Below, piece by piece: positions 61,462 to 64,000 of a stretch of DNA of 64,000 nucleotides (its first letter is position 1; each line of letters opens with the position of its first letter). The notes under the pieces were generated by a model. The model was not told where the DNA came from, made no database searches, and saw only the letters and a program-made list of their open reading frames with translations. The stretch is from an uncultured delta proteobacterium (GTDB taxonomy: Bacteria > Desulfobacterota > Desulfobacteria > Desulfobacterales > UBA2156): NCBI GenBank assembly GCA_963736855.1, contig CAVTQK010000015.1, positions 544,001-608,000 of the forward strand. The letters run 5' to 3'. The translations under genes were made by a program, and so were the position numbers.

Positions 61462-61971
61462 TCATGGCTTGGAAAGCAGGTAAAAGCCGATGGCTACGTC
61501 GCTGGCATCGGTGGGATCCACCGTCGTGAATTGTGCACCGACTTCCGACCCGGTGACGCTTTTCACAACGGCTCGCTTTCGAATCCGGGACCGATTCCGG
61601 TCGTCCAGATGAAACTCCAACCGGATCTGATCTCCGGGTTTGAGCATGACCTTCCCGATGGCTTGAAATCGCATCCCCTCACGCGACAGATTCACGATGG
61701 TGGTTTCACCGGTAAGGCCGTTTTTTTCCGAAATATAGGTGCCCGGCAGATGGGTCTTGACGAATGTACCATAAAAGTCCGTGTCTTTTCGATGGGATTT
61801 CCTTCGATCAAGCACGGCAATGTATGTATTTTTACACCTGCAGCGGATCCTGAGCTTGATTTCCTTTTCAGCGTCAAGATATTTGGTGGTATCAATCGTC
61901 TTTGTCCAGTTGCATTTCGGGCAGACCAGTGTGGCTGTATTATTCTCGCCGATGTGAAATTTGACCTCCAT
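61462..61971 (-). CDS. PilZ domain protein with N-terminal Cys cluster
   Basis: RRKSHR (RxxxR) and NLSREG (D/NxSxxG); CPKC...CRC. Confidence 0.8.
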   Translation of the reverse strand: MEVKFHIGENNTATLVCPKCNWTKTIDTTKYLDAEKEIKLRIRCRCKNTYIAVLDRRKSHRKDTDFYGTFVKTHLPGTYISEKNGLTGETTIVNLSREGMRFQAIGKVMLKPGDQIRLEFHLDDRNRSRIRKRAVVKSVTGSEVGAQFTTVDPTDASDVAIGFYLLSKP

Positions 61972-62157
61972 GGAAATGACCCTTCCCAAAGCCCTTTTCA
62001 GTTTCAGTTCATGAAAGAATCGGAAGCTTATGCTGCATTCCGTTTCAGCCCTTGGAGTTTCAAATCACAAAAGCCCCTTAGAAATCAATAGGGAAGTTCT
62101 CATAAGAGATCGTGAAGAGCGAATAAGGAGGATTTGATGGCAAAAACAATTGTTTTT

Positions 62158-62988
62158 TTACCTGTTCGCTTGGGGTTGTTTTTTTTCCCGGGAGACCTGG
62201 ATGAATTTCCGGGGTACAGGGGTTATCCGCGGCAAAGCGCCCAGGGGGCTTTGATCCACCAGAAGAATGCACCCATAAGCCTTTTCCAGGTTTTCAAAGG
62301 TGAGCACCTCACGAGGCGGCCCCATTCCTACAGATAGGCCTTCTTTGAGGATCAGCAGCGTATCGGCATAGAGGGCGGCTAAATTGACATCGTGGGAGAC
62401 CATGACGATGGTCACCCCCTTTTCCTCCTTGAGCCGTTCCATCAAGTCCATGATCCGGATTTGGTGCGCCAGATCCAGGGAGGCCGTGGGCTCATCCAGA
62501 AGGATGATCCGGGGCTCCTGACAGATGGCCCGGGCGATGATGGCCCGCTGGCGCTCTCCACCGCTGATGCGATCCATCTTCCGTTCCGCAAGCCCGTCGA
62601 TTCCCGTGAAAGACATGGCCGCTTCGGTGATTTTTTGATCATGGTCGCGTTCAAAGCCGAGCATCCCCAAATGCGGCGATCGGCCCATCATCACCACCTC
62701 CTTGACCGTAAAAGGAAAGTCAACCGGAAAGGTCTGGGGGACATAGGCCACAACTCTTGCCAGTTCTTTCCTGGAATATCGCCGGTCGGATTTATCGAAG
62801 ATGTCTATCCGGCCTTCTTGGTACTTTTCTATTCCGGCGGACACTTTCATGAGGGTGGTTTTACCTGAACCGTTGGGTCCGATGATGATGAAGAATTCTC
62901 CTTTTCTAACCGAAAAGGAGAGATCCTCCAGCGTAATTCTGTTCCCGTAGGAGTGGGTCAGTTTCGATATGGATAATGCTTTGCTCAT
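62158..62988 (-). CDS. Cobalamin/Fe-chelate ABC transporter ATPase
   Basis: GPNGSGKTT, ISGGERQR, LLDEPTASLD, SHD. Confidence 0.9.
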   Translation of the reverse strand: MSKALSISKLTHSYGNRITLEDLSFSVRKGEFFIIIGPNGSGKTTLMKVSAGIEKYQEGRIDIFDKSDRRYSRKELARVVAYVPQTFPVDFPFTVKEVVMMGRSPHLGMLGFERDHDQKITEAAMSFTGIDGLAERKMDRISGGERQRAIIARAICQEPRIILLDEPTASLDLAHQIRIMDLMERLKEEKGVTIVMVSHDVNLAALYADTLLILKEGLSVGMGPPREVLTFENLEKAYGCILLVDQSPLGALPRITPVPRKFIQVSREKKQPQANR

Positions 62989-63995
62989 GTCTTGGATTTT
63001 AGGAGCAGGAAGATGAATAAGGGGGCACCAAACAGGGCCGTGATAACGCCCACCGGAATCTCTCCCTGTTCCGGGAGGCTGCGTGCCAGAAGGTCACATA
63101 GTATCATATAAGTCCCACCCCCCAGAATGCAGGCCGGAACTAAGACCCTATGGTCCGCTCCGAGTAACATCCTTAACAGGTGTGGTATCACGAGTCCGAC
63201 AAACCCCAGCAGACCACATTGGCTCACTGTGACACTGACGATAAAGGATGTGATCGACAGAAGAGAAACGGTTGCGGCTACGATGTTCACCCCCATACTC
63301 TGGGCCATCTCTTTTCCCATCAAAAGCAGGTTCATTGTATGGGAAAGCCAGAAAAGGAGGATAAAACAGGGTATGAGCAGAGCGGCCATGATCCCGACCT
63401 GATGAAGGTCGGCGAGGGACAGATCGCCCATGAGCCAGAAGATGATATTATGGAGACGTGCGTCCTGGGTGATGGAAACGAGAAACATGATCACCGCACC
63501 ACAAAAGGCATTGATCATGACGCCGGATAGTAAAAGGGAATCCTTTTTCAGCATGCCCTTCCCGGAAGCCATCAGGAGGATCATTGCCAGGGTGGAAAGA
63601 CTCCCCAGGAAAGCCAGGAGACCGACCCCGGGAAATCGGGACAGGCCCAGAAGAATTCCCAGGATCGCTCCGATTGCGGATCCGCCTGAAATTCCGAGGA
63701 TGTAAGGTTCTGCCAGGGGGTTTCGTAAAAGCGCCTGAAACACCAGGCCCCCAAGGGCCAGCGCAGCGCCTACAAGGGCGGCCATCAGGACTCGGGGGAG
63801 GCGGATTTTCCAGATGATGGTGCTGATCATAGGGTCCGCGCCTTCTTTGCCCATGGCGGAGCGGATCATCTCCTGAAAAGAATTCTGACTGGATCCCAGG
63901 GAAAGGCCGAATGCTGCAGAGATACATAAAGCGATGCCGAATAAAAGAGATACAAACAGGATCCTTTGGGGCAATGATGGGTAGTTTGAAGTCAC
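62985..63995 (-). CDS. FecCD/BtuC-family ABC permease
   Basis: IRLPR, LLRNPLAEPYILGISGG, GFVGLVIPH, PVGVITALFGAP. Confidence 0.92.
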   Translation of the reverse strand: MTSNYPSLPQRILFVSLLFGIALCISAAFGLSLGSSQNSFQEMIRSAMGKEGADPMISTIIWKIRLPRVLMAALVGAALALGGLVFQALLRNPLAEPYILGISGGSAIGAILGILLGLSRFPGVGLLAFLGSLSTLAMILLMASGKGMLKKDSLLLSGVMINAFCGAVIMFLVSITQDARLHNIIFWLMGDLSLADLHQVGIMAALLIPCFILLFWLSHTMNLLLMGKEMAQSMGVNIVAATVSLLSITSFIVSVTVSQCGLLGFVGLVIPHLLRMLLGADHRVLVPACILGGGTYMILCDLLARSLPEQGEIPVGVITALFGAPLFIFLLLKSKT

Positions 63996-64000
63996 CGGAT

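Noticed and set aside
61300..62091. 263-aa plus-strand ORF
   Set aside because: Antisense to the PilZ gene, which has clear motifs.
1..64000. CRISPR arrays, rRNA, intact transposases/integrases, prophage or defence genes
   Set aside because: None recognised by eye; short or divergent elements could have been missed without computation.

Overview
Bacterial genomic DNA, most likely from an anaerobic Desulfobacterota (deltaproteobacterial) organism, judged from gene content. From left to right the window holds: a cobalamin-riboswitch-controlled btuB-exbB-exbD unit; cysE-cysK; fumC and menaquinone-type prenyl/methyltransferases; and tRNA-Lys(CTT). Directly after the tRNA lies a visibly AT-richer 7-gene island (about 11.4-19.1 kb). 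It looks like an uncharacterised synthase-dependent exopolysaccharide system: GT2 synthase, WecB, YaiO-type barrel, deacetylase, hydrolase-like and beta-helix proteins. The island is bounded by a decayed group II intron 3' end that the ORF track misses. Further right are: a larA'/'SDR deletion scar next to eda; phoB-phoR-phoU; a NapC/NirT plus octaheme Hao-type cytochrome pair; pstCASB and a frameshifted alkaline phosphatase; a Gld-like ABC system; GNAT/AcuA-like acetyltransferases; photolyase-ybgA-ybjT; K+ transporters; a FecR-OmpA-CHASE2/HD-GYP signalling module; a split ADP-forming acyl-CoA synthetase; a PilZ protein; and a BtuCD/FecCD-type ABC transporter. All family calls come from motif recognition by eye, not database searches. 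Several starts were moved to the more plausible ATG.
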